A DNA stretch of 64,000 bases from Escherichia coli (GTDB taxonomy: Bacteria > Pseudomonadota > Gammaproteobacteria > Enterobacterales > Enterobacteriaceae), in NCBI RefSeq assembly GCF_044324785.1, contig NZ_CP172127.1; one strand, written 5' to 3'. Made by a program: the position numbers and the translations under genes. The notes under the pieces are model-generated. The model worked only from the letters and a program-made list of their open reading frames with translations, did no database searches and had not been told where the DNA came from. Positions 40,965 through 53,081 of the stretch are shown here, in pieces; within the stretch, counting starts at the first letter, position 1, and every line of letters begins with the position of its first letter.

Positions 40965-43229
40965 CTACCCGTTATCCACTGGCACGCCAAACCACTGATG
41001 ATACCAACGAGGTAAAATTTGCTCCCTGAGGCTGCTAATCCGCCATCCTTGCGCTGAAAAATTGACCATTATTTGCCCCTGATGAGGAGTATCAAGCCAC
41101 TTATAACCCTGTTGTTGATAGCGATGTTTAACTTTGCTTGAGGGCAGTCGCCATGCGTTATAGCGCGATGCCGATGCGAGTGCCACTTTTCCATTCACTC
41201 GCTGAATTAATGGCAACGATGATGAGGTATTACTGCCATGGTGAGGTACCTGAAGCAATGTTGCCTGCACTTGCTGCCAGTAACGGCTTAGCATCTTTTG
41301 TTCAGCGGGGGCTTCAATATCACCGGTTAGAAGAATGCTATTCGTCCCGTCATCAACCTTAACCACACAGGAATGGTTATTTCCTTTATCGTTGCTAGCT
41401 TGTAAAGGCCAGTGCACGCTGAAACGCAATCCTTGCCATCGCCACTCTTCGCCACGCACACAGGGCTGATGATGTTCCCAGTTTAACGGACTTCTGATCC
41501 ATAACATCGGCCATGTATGCAATATTGAGTCCAGTCCTCCCCGGTGATCCAGATGTTCATGACTCAGAATAACGCCTTCCGGTTCAAGATTATGCCAGTG
41601 GAGCCAGGGGATAATCAGTTGTTGCCCACTATCTCCTTCAGGCCAGGCCAGTCCCGTGTCATAGAGAATCGCTTTGCCGTTTCTGGCTATCACCATTGCC
41701 AGCCCTTGCCCGACATCAAGCATGTACACTTGCCACTCGTCAGGTCGAGGTTTTTGCCACAGCGGCCAGCACATCAGCAAGCCTCCAGCCACACACATTG
41801 CTGGCAACGTTCGCCAGGCGTTTAATCGCCATACCGCCAGTAAGAACCATGGGGAAAATGTTAGCCATTGCCAACGTTCAGCAATGTTGATCCACCCTTC
41901 CGGCAAACTCTTTAACCCCCAGAAAAGTAAAGCCAAAGACTGGTCGGCAAGAAACCATAACCCTTGTTCCAGAATAAACGGCCCGCTTAAATGCGCAACC
42001 ATCGCGGCGAGGATCAACGGAACCGTGATAAATGTCACCAAGGGAATTGCAAAAAGATTTGCAATAAACGAGGTCAGACTAATGCCATGAAATATGACGA
42101 TTTGCACGGGCATAAGCAGGAGGGTGATTCCCAGTTGCAGATGGATGAGGGAAACAACCGCACGCAATACCGGCGGCAGCTGCCACTCAGGACAGGGAAA
42201 CCACTGATACCAAAAAATCAGTGCCGCGACCGCAGCGGCAGAGAGCCATAAACTTTGCGAGAGAATGGCAACAGGATCCATCAGCAAAATTGCCGCCAGA
42301 CAACATATCCATACATCCCAGCCACTCCATTGTCGCCCACTTAACTTAAGCATTCCCCACATGGCAAGCGCCACCACGGTACGCAATGCAGGAGGTTGCA
42401 TCCCAGTCAGCCAGGCATAAAAAGCAGCACAGCAGATTCCGCCAATTAATGGCATTTGCCAGTGGATCCAGCGCCCAGGCAGAAAAACTTGCCCACCGCG
42501 AATGAGTCCGGCAGCCAGCAACGCCGCAAAAGCGATATGCAATCCCGATATCGCCATTAAATGCGCCGTTCCAGTATCGCGCATGATATTTTTGATTTCT
42601 TTGGGAACGGATAACCGTTCCCCCATACCTAAACCAAGAATAACTGCATTCCACGGATAGGGTTGCAGCGTTGTTTGTAATGACGCCAGATACTGTGCAC
42701 GCAAGCTACAATTCGGTTCAATGACACTTGCCTGCAGAAAGCGGCCGGTCAGCGGCTGATGCTGGGCAATGGCATAACGCTGGCTATCAAAGCTGCCATC
42801 ATTAAGTTGGCCATGAACTGCACGAACTTTGAGTTTCATTGACCATAGTTGTCCAGCACAAACCGCTTGCGGAAGATATTCGCCATACAGCACGAGGCCT
42901 GGCGCAGGGAATATACGTCGACCTTGTAGATGAGTGACTTGACCGTAATGAGTGGTCATGCCGTCAGTAGCAGTGATCTCAACTATTGCATCCTGCGTCG
43001 CGCCAGTTAAGGTTTCTCCTGCCCACAAAATTTGCTTTGCCGCTGATATGCCCCAAAGAAAAAACAGCAACGTCAGCGCGATATAACGGACGGCTTTAAC
43101 AGGAATAAATGCCAGTACGCAGGCGAAGACAGTCAGAAACGCAAGGGTTAATGTCCCAGGCAATTGGGGCAAAACCAGCAACGGAAAAATTCCGCAAATT
43201 ATGCATACGCCGACTGTCGTTATTTTCAT
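40965..43229 (-). CDS. ycaI: ComEC/Rec2-family inner membrane protein YcaI
   Basis: About 754 aa polytopic membrane protein with C-terminal metallo-beta-lactamase-like domain (HEHLDHRGG); start trimmed to MKITTVGV at 43229. Confidence 0.85.
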   Translation of the reverse strand: MKITTVGVCIICGIFPLLVLPQLPGTLTLAFLTVFACVLAFIPVKAVRYIALTLLFFLWGISAAKQILWAGETLTGATQDAIVEITATDGMTTHYGQVTHLQGRRIFPAPGLVLYGEYLPQAVCAGQLWSMKLKVRAVHGQLNDGSFDSQRYAIAQHQPLTGRFLQASVIEPNCSLRAQYLASLQTTLQPYPWNAVILGLGMGERLSVPKEIKNIMRDTGTAHLMAISGLHIAFAALLAAGLIRGGQVFLPGRWIHWQMPLIGGICCAAFYAWLTGMQPPALRTVVALAMWGMLKLSGRQWSGWDVWICCLAAILLMDPVAILSQSLWLSAAAVAALIFWYQWFPCPEWQLPPVLRAVVSLIHLQLGITLLLMPVQIVIFHGISLTSFIANLFAIPLVTFITVPLILAAMVAHLSGPFILEQGLWFLADQSLALLFWGLKSLPEGWINIAERWQWLTFSPWFLLAVWRLNAWRTLPAMCVAGGLLMCWPLWQKPRPDEWQVYMLDVGQGLAMVIARNGKAILYDTGLAWPEGDSGQQLIIPWLHWHNLEPEGVILSHEHLDHRGGLDSILHTWPMLWIRSPLNWEHHQPCVRGEEWRWQGLRFSVHWPLQASNDKGNNHSCVVKVDDGTNSILLTGDIEAPAEQKMLSRYWQQVQATLLQVPHHGSNTSSSLPLIQRVNGKVALASASRYNAWRLPSSKVKHRYQQQGYKWLDTPHQGQIMVNFSAQGWRISSLREQILPRWYHQWFGVPVDNG

Positions 43230-43435
43230 GCACCCCTCCGTGTTTATGGAAAGTGTGCAACTTTGTTGAGCGGTTGTCTGGTGGGAGTTTTGCGTTCCCC
43301 GAGGCACGTTCAGAAGAATTTAACGAGAGGGTGAAAACTGTTCAAAACTCTGCGAGGCTGCTTCCAGTTCCAGATTAGAGAAATGAAAAAAGCACCCGAC
43401 AGGTGCTTTTCTCGCGTTCAAGTTTGAGTAAAAAC

Positions 43436-43720
43436 TTAACCGTAAATATTGGCGCGATCGCGCAGTTCTTTACCTGGTTTAAAGTGAGGAACGTATTTTC
43501 CTTCCAGTTCTACTTTATCGCCAGTCTTCGGATTACGTCCGGTACGTGGTGCGCGGTAGTGCAAAGAGAAACTGCCGAAACCGCGGATTTCAATACGCTC
43601 GCCCTGCGCAAGAGTCGAGGCCATATGCTCCAGCATCTCTTTTACTGCATCTTCAACCGTCTTGGCGGGAATGTGCGATTGCTGGGTGGCAAGTCTTTCT
43701 ATCAATTCTGACTTGGTCAT
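43436..43720 (-). CDS. ihfB: integration host factor beta subunit
   Basis: 94 aa beginning [67 protein letters not shown]. Confidence 0.95.
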
Positions 43721-43879
43721 GATTCCTCCGGTTCCTTAAAGGCAAATTTAGCGGCTGCTGTTGCTGCATTGATTAAGGGCGGCCGTAGCCGCCCTTAGTG
43801 CTTGATTACAGGACGAAACCTGCAATCTGTCAAGTAAACTCAACAAACTTCGGAATAAAAATCCCGAAGAGTCAGAGAA

Positions 43880-45553
43880 TTACTCGCCTTTAGCTGCTTT
43901 GAAAGCTTCAGCCATTGCGTTGTTGGAGAAGTTTGCATCTTCCTGTTTGTTAACAGTTGCGATTGCATCTTTCTCGTCAGCTTCGTCTTTTGCACGAACA
44001 GACAGGCTGATTGCGCGGTTTTTACGATCAACGCCGGTGAATTTAGCTTCAACTTCGTCGCCAACGCTCAGAACCAGGGTAGCGTCTTCAACGCGGTCAC
44101 GGGATGCTTCAGAAGCACGCAGGTAACCTTCAACGCCGTCAGCCAGTTCTACGGTTGCGCCTTTAGCGTCAACTGCAGTTACTTTACCGGTTACGATAGC
44201 GCCTTTCTTGTTCAGAGCAACCCAGTTGTTGAACGGATCTTCTGCGAGCTGTTTAACGCCCAGGGAGATACGTTCACGTTCTGCGTCAACCTGCAGAACA
44301 ACTGCAGCGATTTCGTCGCCTTTTTTGTATTCACGAACTGCTTCTTCGCCTGCAACGTTCCAGGAGATGTCAGACAGGTGAACCAGGCCGTCGATGCCGC
44401 CGTCAAGGCCGATGAAGATACCGAAGTCAGTGATAGACTTGATTTTACCTTCAACACGGTCACCCTTGTTGTGGGTTTCCGCGAACTGCTGCCACGGGTT
44501 AGCTTTGCACTGTTTCAGACCCAGGGAGATACGACGACGTTCTTCGTCGATATCCAGAACCATAACTTCCACTACATCGCCAACGTTAACAACTTTGGAC
44601 GGGTGGATGTTTTTGTTGGTCCAATCCATTTCGGAAACGTGTACCAGGCCTTCAACGCCTTCTTCGATTTCAACGAAGCAGCCGTAGTCGGTCAGGTTGG
44701 TCACGCGACCAGTCAGTTTGGTACCTTCCGGATAACGTTTAGCGATAGCTACCCACGGATCTTCGCCCAGCTGTTTCAGGCCCAGGGATACACGGGTACG
44801 TTCGCGGTCGAACTTCAGCACTTTAACAGTGATTTCGTCGCCCACGTTGACGATTTCGCTCGGATGCTTAACGCGTTTCCAGGCCATATCAGTGATGTGC
44901 AGCAGGCCGTCAACGCCGCCCAGATCAACGAATGCACCGTAGTCAGTGAGGTTCTTAACGATACCTTTAACTTCCATGCCTTCCTGCAGGTTTTCCAGCA
45001 GCTGATCGCGCTCTGCGCTGTTTTCGGATTCGATAACGGCACGACGAGAAACAACAACGTTGTTGCGCTTCTGATCCAGCTTGATTACTTTGAATTCAAG
45101 CTCTTTGCCTTCCAGGTGCAGAGTGTCACGCACCGGACGAACGTCTACCAGAGAACCTGGCAGGAACGCACGAATACCGTTCAGCTCAACAGTGAAGCCG
45201 CCCTTAACTTTGCCGTTGATAACACCGGTAACAGTTTCAGCATCTTCGTAAGCTTTTTCCAGCGTGATCCAGGCTTCGTGACGTTTAGCTTTCTCACGGG
45301 ACAGCAGAGTTTCACCGAAGCCGTCTTCTACTGCGTCCAGAGCAACGTCAACTTCGTCACCTACCTGGATTTCCAGCTCGCCCTGGGCATTTTTGAACTG
45401 CTCAGCCGGGATGGCGGACTCAGATTTCAGACCAGCGTCAACCAGTACTACGTCTTTGTCGATAGCAACAACAACGCCACGAACGATAGAACCCGGGCGG
45501 GTTTCGATTTCTTTTAAGGACTCTTCAAAGAGTTGAGCAAAAGATTCAGTCAT
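43880..45553 (-). CDS. rpsA: 30S ribosomal protein S1
   Basis: 557 aa with six S1 repeats, beginning [26 protein letters not shown]. Confidence 0.97.
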
Positions 45554-45663
45554 GTTTAATCTTCAGGTTTATATTTAACGTCCACCTGGCTCCATGCCGG
45601 ATGGGGTTGTTTAACATACCCGCTGTCATTCCATTGCAACGGGGGTACTGCAAATTCGGTCGC

Positions 45664-46347
45664 TTATGCGAGAGCCAATTTCTGGCGCGCGTATTGTAGC
45701 GCTTTTTCAATCACTTGCTCAATGCTTAAGGTGGTGGAATCCAACACTAAAGCATCGGCTGCCGGAACCAGTGGCGCTACCGCTCGGTTACGATCGCGGT
45801 CGTCGCGTTCTTTGATCTCGGCCAAAAGGCGCTCAAAGTTAACACTAAAGCCCTTCTCCTGCAACTGTAGCATGCGGCGATGCGCACGTTCTTCCGAGGA
45901 GGCGTCAAGGAAAATTTTCACTGGCGCATCAGGGAATACCACCGTTCCCATATCGCGGCCATCGGCAATCAAGCCTGGTAATTCGCGAAACGCGCGTTGG
46001 CGACGCAATAATGCTTCACGAACGCGTGGGAATGCCGCGACTTGTGAAGCAGCATTCGCCACTTCCTGAGTACGAATTTCGCCGCTGACATCTTCCCCTT
46101 CGAGGATCACTTCCAGATTGCCATTGGTCGACACAAAACGTACATCCAGATGGGATGCCAGCGGCACGAGCGCATCTTCCGATGCAACATCAACATGGTG
46201 ATGTAATGCCGCCAGTGCCAGTACGCGATAAATTGCACCCGAGTCCAGCAGATGCCATTGCAACGCTTCCGCCATAGCCTTACACAAGGTGCCTTTCCCT
46301 GCACCGCTTGGGCCATCAATGGTAATAACCGGGGCAATTGCCGTCAT
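45664..46347 (-). CDS. cmk: cytidylate kinase
   Basis: 227 aa with P-loop (GPSGAGKGT). Confidence 0.95.
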
Positions 46348-46519
46348 CTTTATCTCCTTAAAACAGGCGTACCGTTAACATAACCGCGCGCATTATACGC
46401 GCCGACGCCACAAATCGTTAACGTTGTGTGCAAAAACCAGTTTTGTCTGTATTCAGATGGGGATTTATTGCGCAATTATAGCGGGCTGGCAGAAGACCAG
46501 CCCGAAAGATGACAATGAT

Positions 46520-47284
46520 TTACTTACCAGAGGCGATACGATCACGGATGTGTTGCGCACGCTCTGTTGATGGTGGGTGAGAGTCAAACATGGACTGGGT
46601 ACGACCGCCATCCAGGCTGGCCAATTTTTCAAAGCTGCCAACCAGCCCCTGGGTGCTGATGCCACGTTTCTTCAACAGATCAAAGGAGAAATCATCTGCT
46701 TCGGACTCTTTATCGCGGGAGTATTTAGCATTGATCGCGCCTTCTGCGATATCACCTAATTGTGAGCGAGAAAGCTGGGAAGCCACACCGCTGGTAGCGG
46801 AAATCGCATCACGTGCGGCCACGATCGCATAAGAAGCTTTCATTTCAGCCAGCGAGTGACCCAACGCGACGTGGCCCAGTTCATGACCCAGAACGCCTTC
46901 AATTTCGTTGTCGTTCATCATGTCCATCAGGCCACTGTAGACACGAACACAGCCGTTCGCCATCGCCCATGCGTTGACGTCGCTGGTCATATAAACCTTA
47001 TAGTTGACCGGCGTGCCATTAATATTGTTACCCAATGCTTTGGCGATTTTTGCCAGACGTTTACCGTACTTGCTGGATTTACTTGCGACTTGATTGCCGC
47101 TGTCCATTTCGGCACAGCCCTGATTGGCAATCGCTTTTGCATCAGCATCGCTTAACGTTGCTGCTTTATAGGCATTTAAACCTGAGCTGATAGCCATATT
47201 GGTATCAATACCGTGGGTATTTTGACACCCTGTCAGTAATGCTGCAGAGGCCGCAATCGCCAGCAGTAATTTAGTATTCTTCAT
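46520..47284 (-). CDS. ycaL: M48-family metallopeptidase lipoprotein YcaL
   Basis: About 254 aa with lipoprotein signal (LLTGC) and HELGH zinc motif (GHELGHVALGH); start trimmed to MKNTKLLLAIA at 47284. Confidence 0.85.
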   Translation of the reverse strand: MKNTKLLLAIAASAALLTGCQNTHGIDTNMAISSGLNAYKAATLSDADAKAIANQGCAEMDSGNQVASKSSKYGKRLAKIAKALGNNINGTPVNYKVYMTSDVNAWAMANGCVRVYSGLMDMMNDNEIEGVLGHELGHVALGHSLAEMKASYAIVAARDAISATSGVASQLSRSQLGDIAEGAINAKYSRDKESEADDFSFDLLKKRGISTQGLVGSFEKLASLDGGRTQSMFDSHPPSTERAQHIRDRIASGK

Positions 47285-47452
47285 GTGAATCATCCGTTGA
47301 TTAATCATATATAAATATTATGTATCAATAACTTACATTGACAAACGACGCTACCATTAATCAAAATGACTCACAAGGTCCGAAAAAAAACGCCGGCAAT
47401 GTGCCGACGTTTTGATAAAGAAAGATTTGGCTATTTATTGCACGTTGTTCAT

Positions 47453-48736
47453 TCAGGCTGCCTGGCTAATCCGCGCCAGCTGCTCGAAATAATCCGGAAA
47501 TGTTTTGGCCGTGCATTTGGGATCAAGAATCGTCACTGGTGTATCTGACAACGCCACCAGCGAGAAACACATCGCTATCCGGTGATCATTGTATGTCGCG
47601 ATCTCGGCAAAGTTCAGCTTTTCCGGTGGAGTGATACGAATGTAATCGTGCCCCTCTTCTACTTCCGCACCAACTTTACGCAGTTCTGTTGCCATCGCAA
47701 ACAGGCGATCGGTTTCTTTAACACGCCAGTTATAGATATTGCGCAGCGTGGTGGTGCCTTTTGCAAATAACGCCGCCGTGGCAATGGTCATCGCCGCATC
47801 GGGAATATGGTTCATATCCATATCAATAGCGTTCAGTTCACCACGCGTGCAGGAAATATAATCATCACCCCAGCAAATGGTCGCGCCCATTTTTTCCAGC
47901 ACATCAGCAAAGCGAATATCACCCTGCATACTGTTGCGTCCAATGCCGGTCACTTTTACAGTGCCACCTTTGATTGCTGCTGCTGCCAGGAAGTAAGAAG
48001 CCGAAGATGCATCGCCTTCGACCAAATAAGTACCCGGAGACTGATAAGACTGCCCGCCTTTTACGACAAATTGTTGATAGTGCTGATTTTCAATTTCAAC
48101 ACCAAACGTCTTCATCAGATTGAGTGTGATGTTGATATAAGGTTTAGAAACCAGATCGCCTTTAATACGAATCACCGTATCTTCCGGTGCAAGAGGCGCA
48201 GTCATTAACAGTGCGGTGAGGAACTGGCTGGAAACGGAGCCATCAACGTCAACGTTGCCGCCAGTAAAGCCGCCCTGTAAACGCAATGGCGGATAATTTT
48301 CTTGTTCCAGGTAAGTGATCTTCGCCCCGCCCAGGCGCAGCGCATCCACCAGATGACCAATCGGGCGCTCTTTCATACGCGGCTCACCAGTCAGCACAAT
48401 ATCATTGCTACCCAGACAAAGAGCTGCCGCCAGCGGGCGCATTGCCGTTCCGGCGTTTCCGAGGAACAACTCCAGGGCACCTTCTGCGTGTAATGGACCG
48501 CCGTTACCGATGATTTCGCAACGCGTACGATCGGCTGAAAGCGTATAGCTTACCCCTAACGCTGCTAATGCATTCAGCATATGGCGCACGTCATCGCTAT
48601 CCAGCAGATTGGTTAATACTGTTTTGCCGTGTGCTAATGCCGCCAGCAATAAAGCGCGGTTAGAAACGCTCTTGGAACCGGGCAGATTAATAGTGCCATC
48701 GACACGAGCGATGGGTTGTAACGTCAGGGATTCCAT
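47453..48736 (-). CDS. aroA: 3-phosphoshikimate 1-carboxyvinyltransferase (EPSP synthase)
   Basis: 427 aa beginning [35 protein letters not shown]. Confidence 0.95.
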   Translation of the reverse strand: MESLTLQPIARVDGTINLPGSKSVSNRALLLAALAHGKTVLTNLLDSDDVRHMLNALAALGVSYTLSADRTRCEIIGNGGPLHAEGALELFLGNAGTAMRPLAAALCLGSNDIVLTGEPRMKERPIGHLVDALRLGGAKITYLEQENYPPLRLQGGFTGGNVDVDGSVSSQFLTALLMTAPLAPEDTVIRIKGDLVSKPYINITLNLMKTFGVEIENQHYQQFVVKGGQSYQSPGTYLVEGDASSASYFLAAAAIKGGTVKVTGIGRNSMQGDIRFADVLEKMGATICWGDDYISCTRGELNAIDMDMNHIPDAAMTIATAALFAKGTTTLRNIYNWRVKETDRLFAMATELRKVGAEVEEGHDYIRITPPEKLNFAEIATYNDHRIAMCFSLVALSDTPVTILDPKCTAKTFPDYFEQLARISQAA

Positions 48737-48806
48737 GAACTCAACTCTCTACAACAGAAATAAAAACCCCACAGGCTGGCTGTGGGGATTAAGCAAAATT
48801 TCGGCA

Positions 48807-49895
48807 TTAACCGTGACGGCGTTCGAACTCAACCATGAAGTCTGTCAGCGCTTTAACGCCTTCCAGCGGCATGGCATTATAAATAGACGCGCGCATTCCG
48901 CCGACCACACGGTGACCTTTCAGTGCATGAAGGCCTGCAGCAAAAGACTCTTCAAGGAACAATTTGTCAAGCGCACTGTCCGCCAACTGGAACGGCACGT
49001 TCATCCGCGAACGGTTAGCTTTCGCCACGTCATTGCGGTAGAAATCGCTGTTATCAATCACCCCATACAGCAGTTCTGCTTTTTGCTGATTGATTTTATC
49101 CATTGCAGCTACACCGCCGTTCGCTTTCAGCCATTTAAAGACCAGACCAGACAGATACCAGGCAAATGTCGGCGGCGTGTTAAACATGGAGTCGTTATCG
49201 TTGAGAATGGAATAATCCAGAATCGACGGACACGCGATATTCGCTTTGCCCAGCAAATCTTCACGAACGATGACGATTGTCAGGCCAGCCGGGCCGATAT
49301 TTTTCTGCGCGCCAGCGTAAATTACACCATAACGGCTGACGTCAATCGGACGGGAAAGAATGGTTGAAGAGAAGTCGGCGGCGACCACCACATCTTTGCC
49401 GAAGTCTGGCGTTTCGTCGATAGCGATACCGTCGATGGTTTCATTCGGGCAGTAATGCATATAAGCAGCATTATCAGAGAGTTGCCATTCACGCATTGGT
49501 TTAACCGCGCGCAGACCATCAACAGTCACTTTGGCGTCAAAGACATTAGGCGTGCAGTATTTTTTCGCTTCTTTAATGGCACTTGCCGCCCAGTAACCGG
49601 CATCAACATAATCTGCAGTGGTTTTATCACCGAGAATATTCAGCGGAACAGCAGCAAACTGACCGCGACCGCCGCCATGGCAGAACAATACTTTGTAGTT
49701 GGAGGGGACATTAAGAAGATCGCGAAAATCCTTCTCGGCTTCCTCTGCAACCTGAATGAACTCTTTGCCACGGTGACTCACTTCCATCACCGACGTACCA
49801 AGACCGTTCCAGTCGCGCAGTTCCTGTTGAGCCTGTTTAAGCACCTCTGCCGGTAGCATTGCCGGACCAGAACTAAAATTGAAGATTTGAGCCAT
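48807..49895 (-). CDS. serC: phosphoserine aminotransferase
   Basis: 362 aa beginning [33 protein letters not shown]. Confidence 0.95.
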   Translation of the reverse strand: MAQIFNFSSGPAMLPAEVLKQAQQELRDWNGLGTSVMEVSHRGKEFIQVAEEAEKDFRDLLNVPSNYKVLFCHGGGRGQFAAVPLNILGDKTTADYVDAGYWAASAIKEAKKYCTPNVFDAKVTVDGLRAVKPMREWQLSDNAAYMHYCPNETIDGIAIDETPDFGKDVVVAADFSSTILSRPIDVSRYGVIYAGAQKNIGPAGLTIVIVREDLLGKANIACPSILDYSILNDNDSMFNTPPTFAWYLSGLVFKWLKANGGVAAMDKINQQKAELLYGVIDNSDFYRNDVAKANRSRMNVPFQLADSALDKLFLEESFAAGLHALKGHRVVGGMRASIYNAMPLEGVKALTDFMVEFERRHG

Positions 49896-50093
49896 TTCCC
49901 CTCACCACGTTGCGTTGCTATTAACCCGCGGTCAATCGATTGCGACCACAGGTAATACATTATTCCTGTGGCTATCGGTTTTATCATTCAGTGACACACA
50001 TCGCAATGAGTAAAACCGTTGAGGGCAAAAATGTGGCTTGCATCACACAAAAGAATCTCTCGGATTATTAGCAAAAAGCCGATGTTTTTACTG

Positions 50094-50786
50094 TCAGGTC
50101 ACCCGTTTTGCCCGACTTGCCTTCGTCCATTCTGGATTTGCACAGCGCGGACATAATTGTTTTTCCCCCGCGTTCATATGAATGATTTCACTGCAACGAA
50201 TGCAGGCATAGTCCGCCGACTCGGGTACCACTTTGTAACGCTGAGTACAGTCACTGGGTAAAATAAGTAAGCCCGGTTTCACCTTGTCATCTTCAAAGAA
50301 ATAGACACTGATTTGCCCGTTGGTTTCGAGAATCGCCAGACGTACCTGCCCCAACTGCTCTACACCGCGCAATCGTAGCTCCATAAAGAACTCAAATTCC
50401 GTCATGTTGGAGTTATTGAGTTTTGACCAGGCCAGCTCGCCATCTTCAATAATGACAACCGGCTTACCTTCCAGAAGATCTTCCAGTTTTTCACTGTGCG
50501 CCATCAACCACATTACCAGTCGGTATAACAACGCCAGAGTAATAAAGACGATAAGTACCGGGACCATCGGCACATCATCATAAAACGCCACATCTCCCGC
50601 CGCTGATCCCAGCGTCAGAATGATTAACACTTCAAAAAGCGACATCTGCCGCACACCGCGTCTTCCGGTCATTTTGAGGAACAAAAAAACCAGTACAAAG
50701 GTATACAGACTACGTAGTGCCACTTCGCCAAGGAAATCAAAAGGCACTTTATCAAATGCCATACGGTGGAGATCGAACGCCTTCAT
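50094..50786 (-). CDS. ycaP: DUF421-family inner membrane protein YcaP
   Basis: 230-aa ORF with N-terminal TM segments; divergent to ycaO. Confidence 0.8.
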   Translation of the reverse strand: MKAFDLHRMAFDKVPFDFLGEVALRSLYTFVLVFLFLKMTGRRGVRQMSLFEVLIILTLGSAAGDVAFYDDVPMVPVLIVFITLALLYRLVMWLMAHSEKLEDLLEGKPVVIIEDGELAWSKLNNSNMTEFEFFMELRLRGVEQLGQVRLAILETNGQISVYFFEDDKVKPGLLILPSDCTQRYKVVPESADYACIRCSEIIHMNAGEKQLCPRCANPEWTKASRAKRVT

Positions 50787-50915
50787 TTTTATGCTCTTAT
50801 CGTAGTTTATCCACTAAAAGCATAGTCAACAGTTCATCGGCATGGCGGCGGTGATAGCGCCTTTGAGATAAAACCCGTATTATTGCGCGCTTTCCGTACG
50901 ACTAAAGTGATTTTC

Positions 50916-52676
50916 ATGACGCAAACATTTATCCCCGGCAAAGATGCCGCTCTGGAAGATTCCATCGCTCGCTTCCAGCAAAAACTTTCAGACCTCGGTT
51001 TTCAGATTGAAGAGGCCTCCTGGCTGAATCCCGTGCCTAACGTCTGGTCTGTACATATTCGCGACAAAGAGTGCGCACTGTGTTTTACCAACGGTAAAGG
51101 CGCAACCAAGAAAGCGGCGCTGGCTTCTGCACTCGGTGAATATTTCGAGCGTCTCTCAACCAACTACTTTTTTGCTGATTTCTGGCTGGGCGAAACCATC
51201 GCCAACGGTCCATTTGTGCATTATCCCAACGAAAAATGGTTCCCACTGACCGAAAATGACGATGTGCCAGAAGGGCTGCTCGATGACCGTCTGCGCGCAT
51301 TTTACGATCCGGAGAATGAATTGACCGGCAGTATGCTGATTGACCTGCAATCTGGTAACGAAGATCGTGGTATTTGCGGCCTGCCGTTTACGCGTCAGTC
51401 CGACAATCAGATCGTTTATATTCCGATGAATATCATTGGTAACCTGTACGTTTCTAACGGTATGTCCGCTGGCAATACCCGCAACGAAGCACGCGTTCAG
51501 GGGTTGTCCGAAGTTTTCGAACGCTACGTGAAAAACCGCATTATTGCTGAAAGCATCAGCTTGCCGGAAATCCCGGCAGACGTGCTGGCGCGTTACCCAG
51601 CGGTGGTTGAAGCCATCGAAACGCTGGAAGCAGAAGGTTTCCCAATCTTTGCTTATGATGGTTCGCTTGGCGGCCAGTATCCGGTGATTTGCGTGGTACT
51701 GTTCAATCCTGCTAACGGTACCTGCTTTGCCTCTTTCGGTGCGCATCCTGATTTTGGCGTAGCACTGGAACGTACCGTGACCGAGCTGCTGCAAGGTCGT
51801 GGCCTGAAAGATTTGGATGTGTTTACTCCGCCAACCTTCGATGATGAAGAAGTTGCTGAACATACCAACCTCGAAACGCACTTTATCGATTCCAGCGGTT
51901 TAATCTCCTGGGACCTGTTCAAGCAGGATGCCGATTATCCGTTTGTGGACTGGAATTTCTCCGGCACTACGGAAGAAGAGTTTGCTACGCTGATGGCTAT
52001 CTTCAACAAAGAAGATAAAGAAGTTTATATTGCCGATTACGAGCATCTGGGCGTTTATGCTTGCCGTATTATTGTGCCTGGCATGTCCGATATTTATCCG
52101 GCTGAAGATCTGTGGCTGGCGAATAACAGTATGGGCAGCCATTTACGTGAAACGATTCTTTCGTTACCAGGCAGCGAGTGGGAAAAAGAAGATTACCTGA
52201 ACCTTATCGAGCAACTGGATGAAGAAGGTTTTGATGACTTTACTCGCGTGCGTGAGCTGTTGGGTCTGGCGACCGGGTCGGATAACGGTTGGTACACCCT
52301 GCGTATCGGAGAATTAAAAGCCATGCTGGCGCTGGCTGGTGGCGATCTGGAACAGGCTCTGGTCTGGACCGAATGGACGATGGAGTTTAACTCATCAGTA
52401 TTTAGTCCGGAACGCGCCAACTATTATCGCTGCCTGCAAACGTTGTTATTACTGGCGCAGGAAGAAGATCGCCAGCCGCTGCAATATCTGAATGCGTTTG
52501 TTCGCATGTACGGCGCAGATGCCGTGGAAGCCGCCAGTGCGGCAATGAGCGGCGAAGCGGCGTTTTATGGCTTGCAACCAGTAGATAGCGATCTGCACGC
52601 GTTTGCTGCACATCAGTCGTTGTTGAAGGCCTACGAAAAGCTGCAGCGCGCCAAAGCAGCATTCTGGGCAAAATAA
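50916..52676 (+). CDS. ycaO: YcaO-domain protein (ribosomal protein S12 methylthiolation accessory factor)
   Basis: 586 aa from the ATG at 50916 (MTQTFIPGKDAALEDS); YcaO superfamily namesake; ORF-track start over-extended. Confidence 0.9.
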   Translation: MTQTFIPGKDAALEDSIARFQQKLSDLGFQIEEASWLNPVPNVWSVHIRDKECALCFTNGKGATKKAALASALGEYFERLSTNYFFADFWLGETIANGPFVHYPNEKWFPLTENDDVPEGLLDDRLRAFYDPENELTGSMLIDLQSGNEDRGICGLPFTRQSDNQIVYIPMNIIGNLYVSNGMSAGNTRNEARVQGLSEVFERYVKNRIIAESISLPEIPADVLARYPAVVEAIETLEAEGFPIFAYDGSLGGQYPVICVVLFNPANGTCFASFGAHPDFGVALERTVTELLQGRGLKDLDVFTPPTFDDEEVAEHTNLETHFIDSSGLISWDLFKQDADYPFVDWNFSGTTEEEFATLMAIFNKEDKEVYIADYEHLGVYACRIIVPGMSDIYPAEDLWLANNSMGSHLRETILSLPGSEWEKEDYLNLIEQLDEEGFDDFTRVRELLGLATGSDNGWYTLRIGELKAMLALAGGDLEQALVWTEWTMEFNSSVFSPERANYYRCLQTLLLLAQEEDRQPLQYLNAFVRMYGADAVEAASAAMSGEAAFYGLQPVDSDLHAFAAHQSLLKAYEKLQRAKAAFWAK

Positions 52677-53081
52677 AATCAAATAGCCTACGCAATGTAG
52701 GCTTAATGATTCGTCTGAGTTATATTACGGGGCGTTTTTTTAATGCCCCGCTTTACATATATTTGCATTAATAAAATAATTGTAATTATAAAGTTAAATA
52801 TCGGTAATTTGTATTTAATAAATACGATCGATATTGTTACTTTATTCGCCTGGTGCTCCCTTTTAATTAACTGTTTTAGCGGAGGATGCGGAAAAAATTC
52901 AACTCATTTGTTAATTTTTAAAATTTATTTTTATTTGGATAATCAAATATTTACTCCGTATTTGCATAAAAACCATGCGAGTTACGGGCCTATAAGCCAG
53001 GCGAGATATGATCTATATCAATTTCTCATCTATAATGCTTTGTTAGTATCTCGTCGCCGACTTAATAAAGAGAGAGTTAGT
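52677..53081 (+). promoter_or_regulatory. AT-rich focA-pflB regulatory/leader region
   Basis: About 400 bp of very AT-rich DNA upstream of focA; in E. coli this region carries the multiple FNR/ArcA/IHF-controlled pfl promoters; individual sites not mapped here. Confidence 0.5.

Noticed and set aside
43775-43796. Hairpin AAGGGCGGCCGTAGCCGCCCTT between ihfB and rpsA as an rpsA terminator
   Set aside because: Good GC-rich stem but no convincing U-tract on the minus strand; left unannotated because it may equally be a processing or attenuation structure.
44378-45517. 379-aa ORF antisense to rpsA
   Set aside because: Codon-aligned shadow ORF inside a highly expressed ribosomal protein gene.
46479-46505. 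Hairpin GCGGGCTGGCAGAAGACCAGCCCG downstream of ycaL
   Set aside because: Stem-loop without a flanking T-run on either strand; possibly a REP-like or rho-dependent element, cannot be classified from sequence alone.
52743-53081. N-terminal 113 codons of the ORF-track focA call
   Set aside because: AT-rich regulatory DNA read in frame; the real start is the GTG at 53082.
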